Below are positions 26,573 through 36,329 of a stretch of DNA of 64,000 nucleotides, one piece after another. Position 1 is the first letter of the stretch. Each line of letters begins with the position of its first letter. The notes below the pieces were generated by a model, which saw nothing but the letters and a program-made list of their open reading frames with translations, was not told the DNA's origin and made no database searches. This DNA is from a phage. The position numbers and the translations under genes are program-made. The stretch lies in NCBI GenBank assembly GCA_020773975.1, contig GCA_020773975.1_3638.1; one strand, 5' to 3'.

Positions 26573-26923
26573 ATGTCCAAAATAACTTTTGTGTGGGATA
26601 TAGATGGTTTTGCTGATCAAACAATGAGAGTTGTCTTGGACAGCCAAACATACGAGATGAGATTTCAATGGAATGAGAGAGATGAATCTTGGTTGGTATA
26701 TTTTGGTGATGTTGGAGCAACACCAACAATTTCTTTTAAGTTGACAACTATATTTGATATCTTCGAGCCTTTCAAGTATCTTGAAAATATTCCGTCTGGG
26801 CAATTAAGGGTCTTTTCTTTTAAACAGTCTACAAAACGTGTCGGAAGATACAATATCGGATTTCTTGCAGATCTCCAACTTCTTTATTCATCTCCTGACG
26901 AGGAGTTAACAGGTGAGGAGTAA
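26573..26923 (+). CDS. hypothetical baseplate protein (116 aa)
   Basis: ORF track; synteny. Confidence 0.35.
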   Translation: MSKITFVWDIDGFADQTMRVVLDSQTYEMRFQWNERDESWLVYFGDVGATPTISFKLTTIFDIFEPFKYLENIPSGQLRVFSFKQSTKRVGRYNIGFLADLQLLYSSPDEELTGEE

Positions 26924-26928
26924 TAATT

Positions 26929-27927
26929 ATGCCATCTTACAGAACAAGAACATATAAACTAACAATAGGTAAACCAATATACATTGGAGAGAAGCCAACG
27001 AATATTTCAGATTATACAAATCAGAATAATAAGGATGCTTATGTTGTAAGTAACGAGTACGGTTCTGCAAATATAGAATTTGAAGTTAAAAAAGACAACT
27101 CAAAAGACCCCAACAAAGGTTACGTAACAATTTACAATTTAAGTGATGAGACCGTTAGCTATCTAGATGCTAATCAGAGAGAATCTCTAGCCATAGTGTT
27201 GGAGGCTGGGTTTGATGGTGAAAACCAAATGTTATTCTCTGGGACAGTAGAGTTTGTTCAGGATAAATGGGATGGAAATACTCGCCAAACAAAAATGATC
27301 CTTGGTGATGCAACCACAAATATTATGACTGCTAAAACAGCAAGATCATATAAAAAAGGAACACCTTTAGATACTGTTCTTAATGATTTAATTTCTGATT
27401 TAAAATTACCTATCGGAAAAGTTGTTAAATTCGGGAATAAGACTCTTCAACAATCAATGGCATTCACAGGGAATGCTGCTAATAATCTTGAGAGGTTAGC
27501 TAGAAATACAGGTTCCACATTTAGTGTCCAAGACGGTGCTGTGTACTGGACAACCCAAGGTAAAAGATTTAAGAACGCTGTTTTTGAAATAAGCGCAGAA
27601 TCTGGGATGCATGATTCTCCAACCCCACAAAATCCAGAACCTGCTAAAAGAAGACTTGAGAAAGAAAGCAAAAAGAAAAAAAGGAAACCTAAACCTGGCA
27701 CGGATACAAGACCAAGTAGAGCAAGAATAAAAGAAGACGCTGGGTTGGTTGTAACCACAGAGCTTAATGGGGCAATTATTCCTGAGAGCACAATTTATTT
27801 GAAGAGTCATAAATATACAGGTTTTTATAAAGTAGTATATTTGACACACAAAGGGCAACTTGAAGGTGGAGATTGGATTTCCGAAATTGGCCTTGCTGAA
27901 GCCCGTGGTGGTGTTGTGGAGGAATAA
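26929..27927 (+). CDS. putative baseplate hub protein (332 aa)
   Basis: Synteny; Lys-rich internal linker. Confidence 0.35.
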   Translation: MPSYRTRTYKLTIGKPIYIGEKPTNISDYTNQNNKDAYVVSNEYGSANIEFEVKKDNSKDPNKGYVTIYNLSDETVSYLDANQRESLAIVLEAGFDGENQMLFSGTVEFVQDKWDGNTRQTKMILGDATTNIMTAKTARSYKKGTPLDTVLNDLISDLKLPIGKVVKFGNKTLQQSMAFTGNAANNLERLARNTGSTFSVQDGAVYWTTQGKRFKNAVFEISAESGMHDSPTPQNPEPAKRRLEKESKKKKRKPKPGTDTRPSRARIKEDAGLVVTTELNGAIIPESTIYLKSHKYTGFYKVVYLTHKGQLEGGDWISEIGLAEARGGVVEE

Positions 27928-28628
27928 TGGCAGCAATTCAAAGAATGGACGCAGCATTGAATCAGTGGTTTGCGAGACAAGCTAGAGACATCCACACAGG
28001 ATTAAGGGCGAAGGTTGTTGAGGTTGATTATAGCATACCCTCAGCAACTGTACAACCTTTAGCATCCACTAATTTCGATGACGGAACAGTAGATGCATAT
28101 CCTGCTGTTTTCGATGTGCCGCTTTCGATGCCAAGCGCAAACGGCGGTAAGGCAAGACTTACATTGCCTGTTAAACCAGGTGATATTGTCGGGTTATCTT
28201 TTTCAGAGAGAAATGAGTCAGATGCTAATGACTTAACGACACACGGTTTATTTCCTGGGTGGTCAATCATTGGTGTTCACAGTGATGGGAATGCAATGGT
28301 TATCGACCCAAACAATGTGGAATTATGGAACGACCAAGTTCATTTCTCTCTTGCCCCTGAAGGAGATTTTGTATTAAAAGGCCCAGTGGGAACATTTACT
28401 GTTGATAAAGATGGTAAAATGTCTTTTACCAACGGGTCTGCGACATTGACAGCGAAGCCTGATGGGAATATAGAGATGAATGGGGCGAAGGTTACACCAG
28501 ATGGGAATATCGTGACAGCTAGAGGTGTGAATCTAAATGATTTCTACGACTGGTTTACAAGACACACACATCACTATGTTTGGACAGACCCATCTGGTGA
28601 AAGTGACACAAATGCCCCTAACAAATGA
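27927..28628 (+). CDS. putative baseplate spike/assembly protein (233 aa)
   Basis: Synteny; size comparable to gpV-type spike proteins. Confidence 0.35.
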   Translation: MAAIQRMDAALNQWFARQARDIHTGLRAKVVEVDYSIPSATVQPLASTNFDDGTVDAYPAVFDVPLSMPSANGGKARLTLPVKPGDIVGLSFSERNESDANDLTTHGLFPGWSIIGVHSDGNAMVIDPNNVELWNDQVHFSLAPEGDFVLKGPVGTFTVDKDGKMSFTNGSATLTAKPDGNIEMNGAKVTPDGNIVTARGVNLNDFYDWFTRHTHHYVWTDPSGESDTNAPNK

Positions 28629-28637
28629 GGAGTGTAA

Positions 28638-29165
28638 ATGGCAACTCTCTATTCTGATTTATTAATGGATCCTGTTACTGGGGATCTCGATGTCTCAGAA
28701 GGTCTTAAACTGATAGAATCAAACCAAGTTAGTCTTCGTCAACGTTTGTGGCTAAGGTTTAATGTCTGGCAAGGAGACTGGTATTTCGATGAGACATTCG
28801 GATTTCCATATCGAACATATATTAGCAAGAAGGTTATGAAGACTGTACTTGATAATAAGATAAAAGAGGTAACAAGGCAGGAACCGGACGTTTTGGAAAT
28901 AACTTATTTTCATTCCACAATGGATTCAGGGACAAGAAGCTATCAAGCATATTTTGAAGTGACAACCAAAGAACAAGAGGTTGTTAGGATTGCCTTTATA
29001 GGGCAGGATGAGTATTATTATCCAGAAGCTGATGCAGGGACAACAATCCTTTGCGATGATGATGGCTGGATACTTTGGGCTAACAAACTCTATTACCTCA
29101 TTAATTTCCGTTTACCTCGTACAGGTGACGCAACTTGGTGGAATAAGTGGGCAACTAATGAATAA
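28638..29165 (+). CDS. putative baseplate wedge protein (175 aa)
   Basis: Synteny upstream of baseplate J-like gene. Confidence 0.35.
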   Translation: MATLYSDLLMDPVTGDLDVSEGLKLIESNQVSLRQRLWLRFNVWQGDWYFDETFGFPYRTYISKKVMKTVLDNKIKEVTRQEPDVLEITYFHSTMDSGTRSYQAYFEVTTKEQEVVRIAFIGQDEYYYPEADAGTTILCDDDGWILWANKLYYLINFRLPRTGDATWWNKWATNE

Positions 29166-29168
29166 TGG

Positions 29169-29194
29169 AAAGGGGCTTATGCCCCTTTATTTGT
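29169..29194 (+). terminator. rho-independent terminator
   Basis: AGGGGC-TTAT-GCCCCT hairpin followed by T-rich run. Confidence 0.5.
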
Positions 29195-29270
29195 GTTTAC
29201 TATTTATAATTAAGACATATTGTGGTAAAATAACCACATCTTATAATAATTTACAAGAGGAGGCATAATC

Positions 29271-30764
29271 GTGGCTGCTCAATTTGGATTAAATGACTAC
29301 GGTTTTTCAATTCCGTCCCTTGATGACTTGATAACAGACACTAAGCAATCCCTTATTAGAGCTTTTGGTGAAAACTTTAACACCCAAACTAACTCTGTTG
29401 TTGATAAGATCACTACTATTTTCAACGAAAGGGAATATCAATTAATTCTTTTGGCTGCATCTATTTATGCAGCACAAACGCTAGCAGGGGCAGAAGGTAT
29501 ATATCTTGACGAGATTCTTGGTCGTCGTGGCATATTCCGTAGAGGAAAAGCCAAAGGGTCCGGTACTGTTCAAATGGTAATTAATAACACAGTGCCGTAT
29601 AACATGATTTATGATACCGCAACATACAGTATTGACGGTGGAAATTTTGTGTTAACAGAAGATACCGCCGTTGCTGGCAATATCATAGCGCAGCAAATAA
29701 CCAATCAAGATTGGGTTCTTGGTAACTACACCATCCAGATAGTTAACCAGAATGATGAGACAACAAAGACACTGAACCTATCTCTGAAAAACAAAACTCC
29801 AAACAGTACCGAATTAAACTCTTTTATGATGGCTATGAAAAAGTTTATAGTCGATAATACAACTTATCTGAACGAAGATAAGATCTTTATCGAATCTTCT
29901 TCAGGAAGTATGTTTATAGGTTATGATCAAAATAAGAAAATGATTGGTCTTAATGCTCCTGTGGACTTTAGAACATCACCCCTACTTGGTCAAAGAACAA
30001 TAACCATGGATGTTATTGCTGTTGAAGCAGGAGAAATATCTAGAGAAGCAGAGACAGTTACTAACATAAGCCCGACACCAAGTGGTTTTGTTAGCTTGAC
30101 GAACAGGGAAGCATTTAGTGATGGTACAGATGTTGAGACGGATACAGAATATAAGCTGAGGGCTTCGAACACCACATCAGCGGGCGCTGCCGCAACACGA
30201 CCTGCTATTGTTTCTGCTGTTTTAAATGTGCCTGGTGTAAGTAAGGTTAAAATTTTCTCCAACAATACTGGTGTGACAAACGAGTACGGTGTTCCAGCGT
30301 ATAAGTTTGAGACAGTAGTCCATGGTGGGGCCACAGAAGATATCAGTAAGGCACTTTATAATACTATAGCACTCTCTAATGCTACTTATGGTGATGTATT
30401 CTATGATGTGACTACAGAAGATGACCAAGTAGAAAGAATTTATCATAGCAAGGCAAAAGTAAGGCAACTTGAAATTCGTGTCAGATATAAAGGTAAATTA
30501 CTATCCCTTACAGAACAGAACACGATCAGGGATTCCCTTAAAGCTGTTGTTGATCCTCTTAACATTGCAGATACGTTGTACAATATCCAACTTGTTTCTG
30601 CTGTGGGGTCATCCATCTCATCAGGCAGATTTACTCAACTTTTAGTAGATGTCAAAAACAAAGGTGAGCCAGACAGTACGTACACTAATGATGATATTGT
30701 TGCTACTATGACAGAAGTTTTCGCTGTAGAGTTAAATGACATAACTTTCCAGCAAGTTCTTTAA
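29271..30764 (+). CDS. putative baseplate J-like protein (497 aa)
   Basis: GTG start after GAGGAGG; size and position typical of gpJ/gp6-like wedge subunit. Confidence 0.45.
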   Translation: MAAQFGLNDYGFSIPSLDDLITDTKQSLIRAFGENFNTQTNSVVDKITTIFNEREYQLILLAASIYAAQTLAGAEGIYLDEILGRRGIFRRGKAKGSGTVQMVINNTVPYNMIYDTATYSIDGGNFVLTEDTAVAGNIIAQQITNQDWVLGNYTIQIVNQNDETTKTLNLSLKNKTPNSTELNSFMMAMKKFIVDNTTYLNEDKIFIESSSGSMFIGYDQNKKMIGLNAPVDFRTSPLLGQRTITMDVIAVEAGEISREAETVTNISPTPSGFVSLTNREAFSDGTDVETDTEYKLRASNTTSAGAAATRPAIVSAVLNVPGVSKVKIFSNNTGVTNEYGVPAYKFETVVHGGATEDISKALYNTIALSNATYGDVFYDVTTEDDQVERIYHSKAKVRQLEIRVRYKGKLLSLTEQNTIRDSLKAVVDPLNIADTLYNIQLVSAVGSSISSGRFTQLLVDVKNKGEPDSTYTNDDIVATMTEVFAVELNDITFQQVL

Positions 30765-30774
30765 GGATGTTATT

Positions 30775-31452
30775 ATGGCAGACTATTTAAAAGATGTAAA
30801 TCATATACACACACTGCCAGATTTCGTTGAGGGAGGTATTGATTATCTCCCTGGTGATTTTCTGAAAGAGAAAAAGAATCTTGTAAAATTTCTGACAATA
30901 TACCTTGAAAGATTGAAAGCTATTGATGAGATGCTTGTAAAGCTATCAGAAGGTAGATTATTAAGGAATGCCGCAGGGCTGAATCTTGATGAGATAGGTA
31001 ATCAGGTTGGTATTGAGAGAAACGGGCTTGATGATGCCACCTATAGGGCAATAATAATGATCTTGGCTGCTGGATCTGCAAGACACGGTACAAGACCAGA
31101 GTTTATTGAAACATTAGATCAACTGTTTGGTGTTGGAAATTTTACAACTTACAAAGGGGATAATTACCGTTTTGACGTAAACGTATCGAAAAGCTGTTTC
31201 GACTTAGCAGCAGCGATAGATGAGATACTTGACCTATTACCGTTACCAACTCACCTTAGACTAACAGAGTCTGTGGGTTTGGCGTTTGGTTTTAAGAATG
31301 ACAAACATGCACTTGGATTAGGATCTGTGGCAGAGAAATCAAGAACTGGGGATGGTGGTTTAGCCCATCTAGTTTACGTACCGGATCCACCAAGAACATC
31401 GGATGACATCCTTATTTATGTTGACAATATTTCTGTAGATGCAACAGAGTAG
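30775..31452 (+). CDS. putative baseplate/tail-fibre-associated protein (225 aa)
   Basis: Synteny (gpI-like position after the J-like gene). Confidence 0.35.
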   Translation: MADYLKDVNHIHTLPDFVEGGIDYLPGDFLKEKKNLVKFLTIYLERLKAIDEMLVKLSEGRLLRNAAGLNLDEIGNQVGIERNGLDDATYRAIIMILAAGSARHGTRPEFIETLDQLFGVGNFTTYKGDNYRFDVNVSKSCFDLAAAIDEILDLLPLPTHLRLTESVGLAFGFKNDKHALGLGSVAEKSRTGDGGLAHLVYVPDPPRTSDDILIYVDNISVDATE

Positions 31453-31464
31453 AGGAGACCACAT

Positions 31465-33528
31465 ATGGCAGAGGCTATTTTCACAGCCAGAAGAGAAGAT
31501 GACTCTGTAGCTGTCAGCTTTGACTATGAAACAATATCAAACACAGCTATTGCTGGAAGAGATTATACACCCAAAGTAGGTACGGCAACAATTCCTAAAG
31601 GGGAAAAGTCTGTACAGATACCTGTGAAGATAAAACAACATCCTAAAAACTCATTACCAAGAGAATTTACCTTAAAAATGAGTAATCCGTCTTTTGGTGC
31701 AAGGCTAGACAGGCTGGCTTCCAGATGTGTTATTAGCACCAAGGAGGATATGTCTGAGTTGGGGTGGGGAACAAAAGAAGAGAAAATGTTTCTACCTAAA
31801 TATTGGACAATTGATTCTCAACCCACAGAAAGTTGCTCTATAATATCTAATGGTAATATACTTACAGCTTATATGACTAATAGAACTGTAAGCGGTTTAG
31901 CAGGGGTTATTTGGAGCACAAAAGATAAGTATGATCATAAAGGGATCTCTTTTCAAGATCACGCAGATCTTCGAAACGCTAAACTGTGGTTCGATATAGA
32001 GTTGGGCGACGGAATGCCTGATTTCAATAATGAGAAATTGACCCCGACATTAACCCTTAAACTTTTAGATGGGGCGACCCATTATATCCCTCTGTACGCT
32101 TATGCTGAAAATATCAGCGAGGATTATAAAAGAGCCACAATCAAACTTGATTTTTCAAATTTAAAATCTGGCCCTGATGTGAACGTGCCAGTGGATACCT
32201 CTCAAGTGGATCAGTTTTTCTTTTCTATGATATCTGAGAAGTATGCAGAAGGAGAAGATGTTGTCCCTAAAGAAAATCAGAACCTTATGTTGAAAATAAC
32301 TCTTAAAAAGCCTGATACAGGCTATACAATGATGAGAGTTAATAATTTGACAATTCCTGCACATGATGTGCGTATGTGTACATCCTATGATGACATGTAT
32401 AACCTGACACCTGAACGAGTGGTGGACAACTGCTTGAAACTTGGGTACAGGGATATGATAAACCACTATAATGGTATGTCGCATTATTACGAGTTCTCTT
32501 GGGAAAGCTCTGCATGGAAACTGAACAAAGATGTCCCTGTCAATAATGCAACTCTACAATGGATGAAAAACTATTTCGCACTGACACAAGCAAATGGTTA
32601 TAAGGTTATCAATTCTATTAGTTTTGAGTTGATGAGTACTGTATGTCCGGCAGAATGGGTGCAGCATGATTGGAATGATGCATTGGCTGAAACAGGATAC
32701 ACACCACCAAGTTGGGTATTATCACCTAATATTAATGAGGGTATGCAATATATCCAAAGTGTGATAAATAAAATAGCAGCCACATGCGAACAAGTTAACC
32801 AGGTTGTTATCATTCAGATAGGGGAGCCTTGGTGGTGGTATAATACTGCTACAAATTTACCTTGTGTCTATGATTATACTACAAAAGTTCGTTTTAATGA
32901 AGAGACTGGATTGTATGCTCAAGACATGGGAACAATTTATGACTTTAAGACCGGAACACCCTATGATGAGTATGTAGATTTTCTAAGACAGTGCTTAGGG
33001 GAGCGAGTGGTAAAATTCGGTGCTGATCTTAAAAAATCTTATCCTAATGCAAAAATAACACTTTTACCGTTTTTACCATCCATTATTGGTAATGGTATTA
33101 TGGAAAAGATAAATTTCCCTAGTGGTAGTTATACACCTGAGAATTTTGATTTTTATTGCTCCGAGTGCTATGACTGGTTACTTCAAGGAAAAATGGAAAA
33201 ATCATTCCAGGCCATCACCATTCCGCGAGATGTCTTAAAATTTAAAGAAGATAAGATACATTATCTGGCAGGATTTGTTCCAGACGAAGGGCTAGCACCA
33301 TTATACGGATTTGACCCTAATTCTAATTATAGAGAATATCTTTGGAAAATGATTATAGGGAACATCGTTCTTAATGAGTTTAAGTTTCCAGGTATTTATC
33401 AATACATATGGGCGTATCCACAAGTAATGCATGATTCTATAACAGTGCACAACTCTCAATCCGCAGTCTTTCATATGGGGCATACAGCATTGAAAGGGTA
33501 TTTAAAAGATACCCCACCAGAAGTTTAA
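31465..33528 (+). CDS. putative tail fibre / receptor-binding protein with N-terminal Calx-beta-like segment (687 aa)
   Basis: N-terminal FTARREDDSVAVSFDYETISNTAIAGRDYTP resembles Calx-beta repeats; large Trp/Tyr-rich C-terminal domain; synteny. Confidence 0.4.
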   Translation: MAEAIFTARREDDSVAVSFDYETISNTAIAGRDYTPKVGTATIPKGEKSVQIPVKIKQHPKNSLPREFTLKMSNPSFGARLDRLASRCVISTKEDMSELGWGTKEEKMFLPKYWTIDSQPTESCSIISNGNILTAYMTNRTVSGLAGVIWSTKDKYDHKGISFQDHADLRNAKLWFDIELGDGMPDFNNEKLTPTLTLKLLDGATHYIPLYAYAENISEDYKRATIKLDFSNLKSGPDVNVPVDTSQVDQFFFSMISEKYAEGEDVVPKENQNLMLKITLKKPDTGYTMMRVNNLTIPAHDVRMCTSYDDMYNLTPERVVDNCLKLGYRDMINHYNGMSHYYEFSWESSAWKLNKDVPVNNATLQWMKNYFALTQANGYKVINSISFELMSTVCPAEWVQHDWNDALAETGYTPPSWVLSPNINEGMQYIQSVINKIAATCEQVNQVVIIQIGEPWWWYNTATNLPCVYDYTTKVRFNEETGLYAQDMGTIYDFKTGTPYDEYVDFLRQCLGERVVKFGADLKKSYPNAKITLLPFLPSIIGNGIMEKINFPSGSYTPENFDFYCSECYDWLLQGKMEKSFQAITIPRDVLKFKEDKIHYLAGFVPDEGLAPLYGFDPNSNYREYLWKMIIGNIVLNEFKFPGIYQYIWAYPQVMHDSITVHNSQSAVFHMGHTALKGYLKDTPPEV

Positions 33529-33543
33529 GAAGGAGATACTTTT

Positions 33544-34638
33544 ATGGCTACACCAAGTATACCAATCGAGATTTGGGCAGCGGGGGATGTAATTCTCCCT
33601 AATACTCACGGGAAGAATAAAATAAGACCTATTGACGACCTTTGGTTAAAAGGTTGGGATATGGGAGAAAAACCAGCTTGTGAAGAATTTAACTATGTTC
33701 TTCATATGATGACAAGTTGGATAAAATATGTTACAGAGGATCAAATTCCTGAATTAGATACAAGATTTTTAAGAAGAAGTGAAAATCTGTCTGATTTAGC
33801 TGACAAGGAAACATCCAGAGTCAACCTTGATGTGTGGAGCAGATCAGAGGCCGACAACCGTTACGTGAATGTAACGGGAGATACAATGACAGGAGCTTTG
33901 TCATTGCCGAGATTGAATTTTCAACCTTCTGAAACAGATACTGCGTATATTACAACTACAAATCCGGCTTCTGACTGGACGTACTGGGATTTTGTTCTTG
34001 GAGATAATCCGGGAATAGCAGGGACAAACGGTGTAGATTCTATACGTTTCCGATTCTCTCCTACAGGTAACTCTGGGATGTTCACTATGATGGAGCTTAA
34101 TGCTATTAGCTCCTCAGCGGCTTTGTGTAAAGTAACAGGAAATGTTGTTGCCACAGGAACTGTACAAGGAACAAATGTTAATGGCACAGATGCAACATTC
34201 ACCACAACAAGAACATCCTTTTTGACGGCTACAGGGCAAATTCAAGGTCAGACTGTTGTAGCAACAAGCTCATTAACAACACCATCTGCAAGAGTTAATG
34301 GAACAGCAAACGTAAATGAGTTAATTGTAAATAATAACTTTGCTACGGTTGCTGGGAGAAATATCGTAAGATCTGTTAATGGTGTAGGTGCGGATGGTAA
34401 CGGCAATGTTAATATCCAAACTGGCGGTGTTCAAGATGTTAGATTAACAGGTAACACATGGTACTGGCCTGGTAGTAACCTAGTATCTTGGAACTGGCAA
34501 GCGCCAGCGGGTGCAGTTATGACAGGTATCTGTCCTCAAGATGTTGGTAAAAACTCAGCAGACAACATTGGTGGGGTTTACTATGCGTATATCCAGAAAC
34601 AAGTAAATGGTGTCTGGCACAACGTAAGTAGAGTTTAA
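33544..34638 (+). CDS. putative tail fibre protein (364 aa)
   Basis: Fibre-type motif NVTGDTMTGALSL; Gly/Thr/Asn-rich beta-repeat region. Confidence 0.5.
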   Translation: MATPSIPIEIWAAGDVILPNTHGKNKIRPIDDLWLKGWDMGEKPACEEFNYVLHMMTSWIKYVTEDQIPELDTRFLRRSENLSDLADKETSRVNLDVWSRSEADNRYVNVTGDTMTGALSLPRLNFQPSETDTAYITTTNPASDWTYWDFVLGDNPGIAGTNGVDSIRFRFSPTGNSGMFTMMELNAISSSAALCKVTGNVVATGTVQGTNVNGTDATFTTTRTSFLTATGQIQGQTVVATSSLTTPSARVNGTANVNELIVNNNFATVAGRNIVRSVNGVGADGNGNVNIQTGGVQDVRLTGNTWYWPGSNLVSWNWQAPAGAVMTGICPQDVGKNSADNIGGVYYAYIQKQVNGVWHNVSRV

Positions 34639-34655
34639 TCATTCAGGAGAGTTGC

Positions 34656-35240
34656 ATGAACAAAATATTTGGACCATTTTTCCCTTATTCTCCACTTCCT
34701 GATAATGCAACAGGAGCTACGAAAAGATTGTTGGAAGCTAACCCTTTCGCCCCTTTTTTCTATGAAGAATCTACGGGGAAAGACTATTATGAAATAGCCG
34801 AAGAATTGAAATCCCAAACAGAGCCGGGGAAATATGCTTTTCTTTCGCTGGATCTCGACGATAGGGTTTGCTGCGTTTGCTATGAAGGTTTTGATGGGTG
34901 CACTCCTTTCAGCGGCTGGAAAATAGCGGTTGTTCCGGTAGAAAATTTGCCTAAAGGCATTGAGTATGACCTCGGTGACGTGGCATTAAAAGATGGCAAA
35001 TTTGTTTATACCTATTTCCGATCTATACAAGAGGCAAAACTTCACAAGGATAAGGAAATTGCATGGGCAAGTCAATATATTCAGACATATGAAGACTATG
35101 AGCAGGTAACAGGTAAAAAACTACCAGAGCACATGGCAGATATTCTTAAGAAATTAAAGATTTATCGTTGTGAGGTATTAAGCATTAAAACTGAGGATGC
35201 TCCTAACATAACATGGGCTATAAGACCGTCAGTTGAGTAA
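34656..35240 (+). CDS. putative tail fibre assembly chaperone (194 aa)
   Basis: Position directly downstream of a fibre gene; C-terminal APNITWAIRP resembles Tfa-family ends. Confidence 0.35.
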   Translation: MNKIFGPFFPYSPLPDNATGATKRLLEANPFAPFFYEESTGKDYYEIAEELKSQTEPGKYAFLSLDLDDRVCCVCYEGFDGCTPFSGWKIAVVPVENLPKGIEYDLGDVALKDGKFVYTYFRSIQEAKLHKDKEIAWASQYIQTYEDYEQVTGKKLPEHMADILKKLKIYRCEVLSIKTEDAPNITWAIRPSVE

Positions 35241-35252
35241 AGGAGCTAAGGA

Positions 35253-35567
35253 ATGTCTATTGACCTATTTGCTATCTTAAAAGCCGTATGGGGCGTATTG
35301 ACGTTTTTCTTAGTTGGTGTTCTGAAGCTAACATACTCAGACTATAAAAAGACACAACAACGTCTTGATGAACTTGATAGGGACATCATAAGAATTAAGG
35401 CAGAAATGGTCACTAAAGAAAAACTTGATGAGATTCTTGATAAAAAACTGAAAGCTGTCCGCGATGATGTTTCAGATTTTAGAAAAGACTTAAAAGAGGA
35501 TGTAAGCAGTTTGAGAGTTGATCTTATAGACCGGCTTAAAATTCTTATAGAGAGCCAAATGAAATGA
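35253..35567 (+). CDS. small membrane protein, N-terminal TM plus coiled coil (104 aa)
   Basis: Hydrophobic N-terminus LFAILKAVWGVLTFFLVGVL followed by charged helical region. Confidence 0.4.
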   Translation: MSIDLFAILKAVWGVLTFFLVGVLKLTYSDYKKTQQRLDELDRDIIRIKAEMVTKEKLDEILDKKLKAVRDDVSDFRKDLKEDVSSLRVDLIDRLKILIESQMK

Positions 35568-36040
35568 TAAGTTCTGCACTGTACTTTATATGCTTTGCAG
35601 TGCTACTTCTTGATAATGATAAAGGTATCCGAACCATGTCAGTACTTGGCATGGTTCATATCCTGATAGAGAATATATTGTACTGGTGGTTCAGTTCCCA
35701 TATCTACGCATTTGATTTATCACTCTACCTAACTTTTTGTTGGTTTTTGGATATATCTCTGATTTTCTTTACTGCATGTGTTTTGACAGGATGGAGAAAA
35801 AAGCTAATGCTTGCACTATCTCTACCTGTTTTGTTTTGCCAAATTTTAATTATGCAGTTCCCATTTATTTTACCGAACGCATTAGGCTTCACGATAAATT
35901 CATCATATCCAACATTTATGGAAGTTCTTTTATTATGCGCTGCATACAAAACAGGTACAATAAAAGAATTGTTTAAAACTTCTGTTGTTGTTGTTGGTTT
36001 CATAATTATAGCCAGAATTGTTCCTGGAGTAAATTATTGA
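35564..36040 (+). CDS. polytopic membrane protein (158 aa)
   Basis: At least four hydrophobic helices; overlapping start with upstream gene. Confidence 0.4.
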   Translation: MISSALYFICFAVLLLDNDKGIRTMSVLGMVHILIENILYWWFSSHIYAFDLSLYLTFCWFLDISLIFFTACVLTGWRKKLMLALSLPVLFCQILIMQFPFILPNALGFTINSSYPTFMEVLLLCAAYKTGTIKELFKTSVVVVGFIIIARIVPGVNY

Positions 36041-36055
36041 GGATTCTAATGTATT

Positions 36056-36319
36056 ATGATAAAATCAATATTGAAATTTTTAAAAGATCTTGTCAGATCC
36101 CCAGTAAATCCAGAGAAAGCCTCCCACACAAAATTTTGGAGCAATATCGGATTAGCTGCAATGACAGCAGTTTTTTTGGATTGGGGTTTCAAAGGCACAT
36201 TAACGGAGTGGTATATGTGGGTGTATGCCCCCACAGTAGCTGCCCCGCAGTTAATAAGTAAGTTAATATCTCTACGCTGGGGTGTAGAAGCACAACGTAG
36301 GGAAGAGTCAGACCAATAA
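36056..36319 (+). CDS. small membrane protein (87 aa)
   Basis: Central hydrophobic segment IGLAAMTAVFLDWGF; ORF track. Confidence 0.35.
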   Translation: MIKSILKFLKDLVRSPVNPEKASHTKFWSNIGLAAMTAVFLDWGFKGTLTEWYMWVYAPTVAAPQLISKLISLRWGVEAQRREESDQ

Positions 36320-36329
36320 GGAGATTCTT

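Noticed and set aside
29008-29268. 86-aa ORF on the + strand
   Set aside because: Overlaps the 3' end of gene 28638..29165 in another frame and spans the terminator hairpin at 29169-29194.
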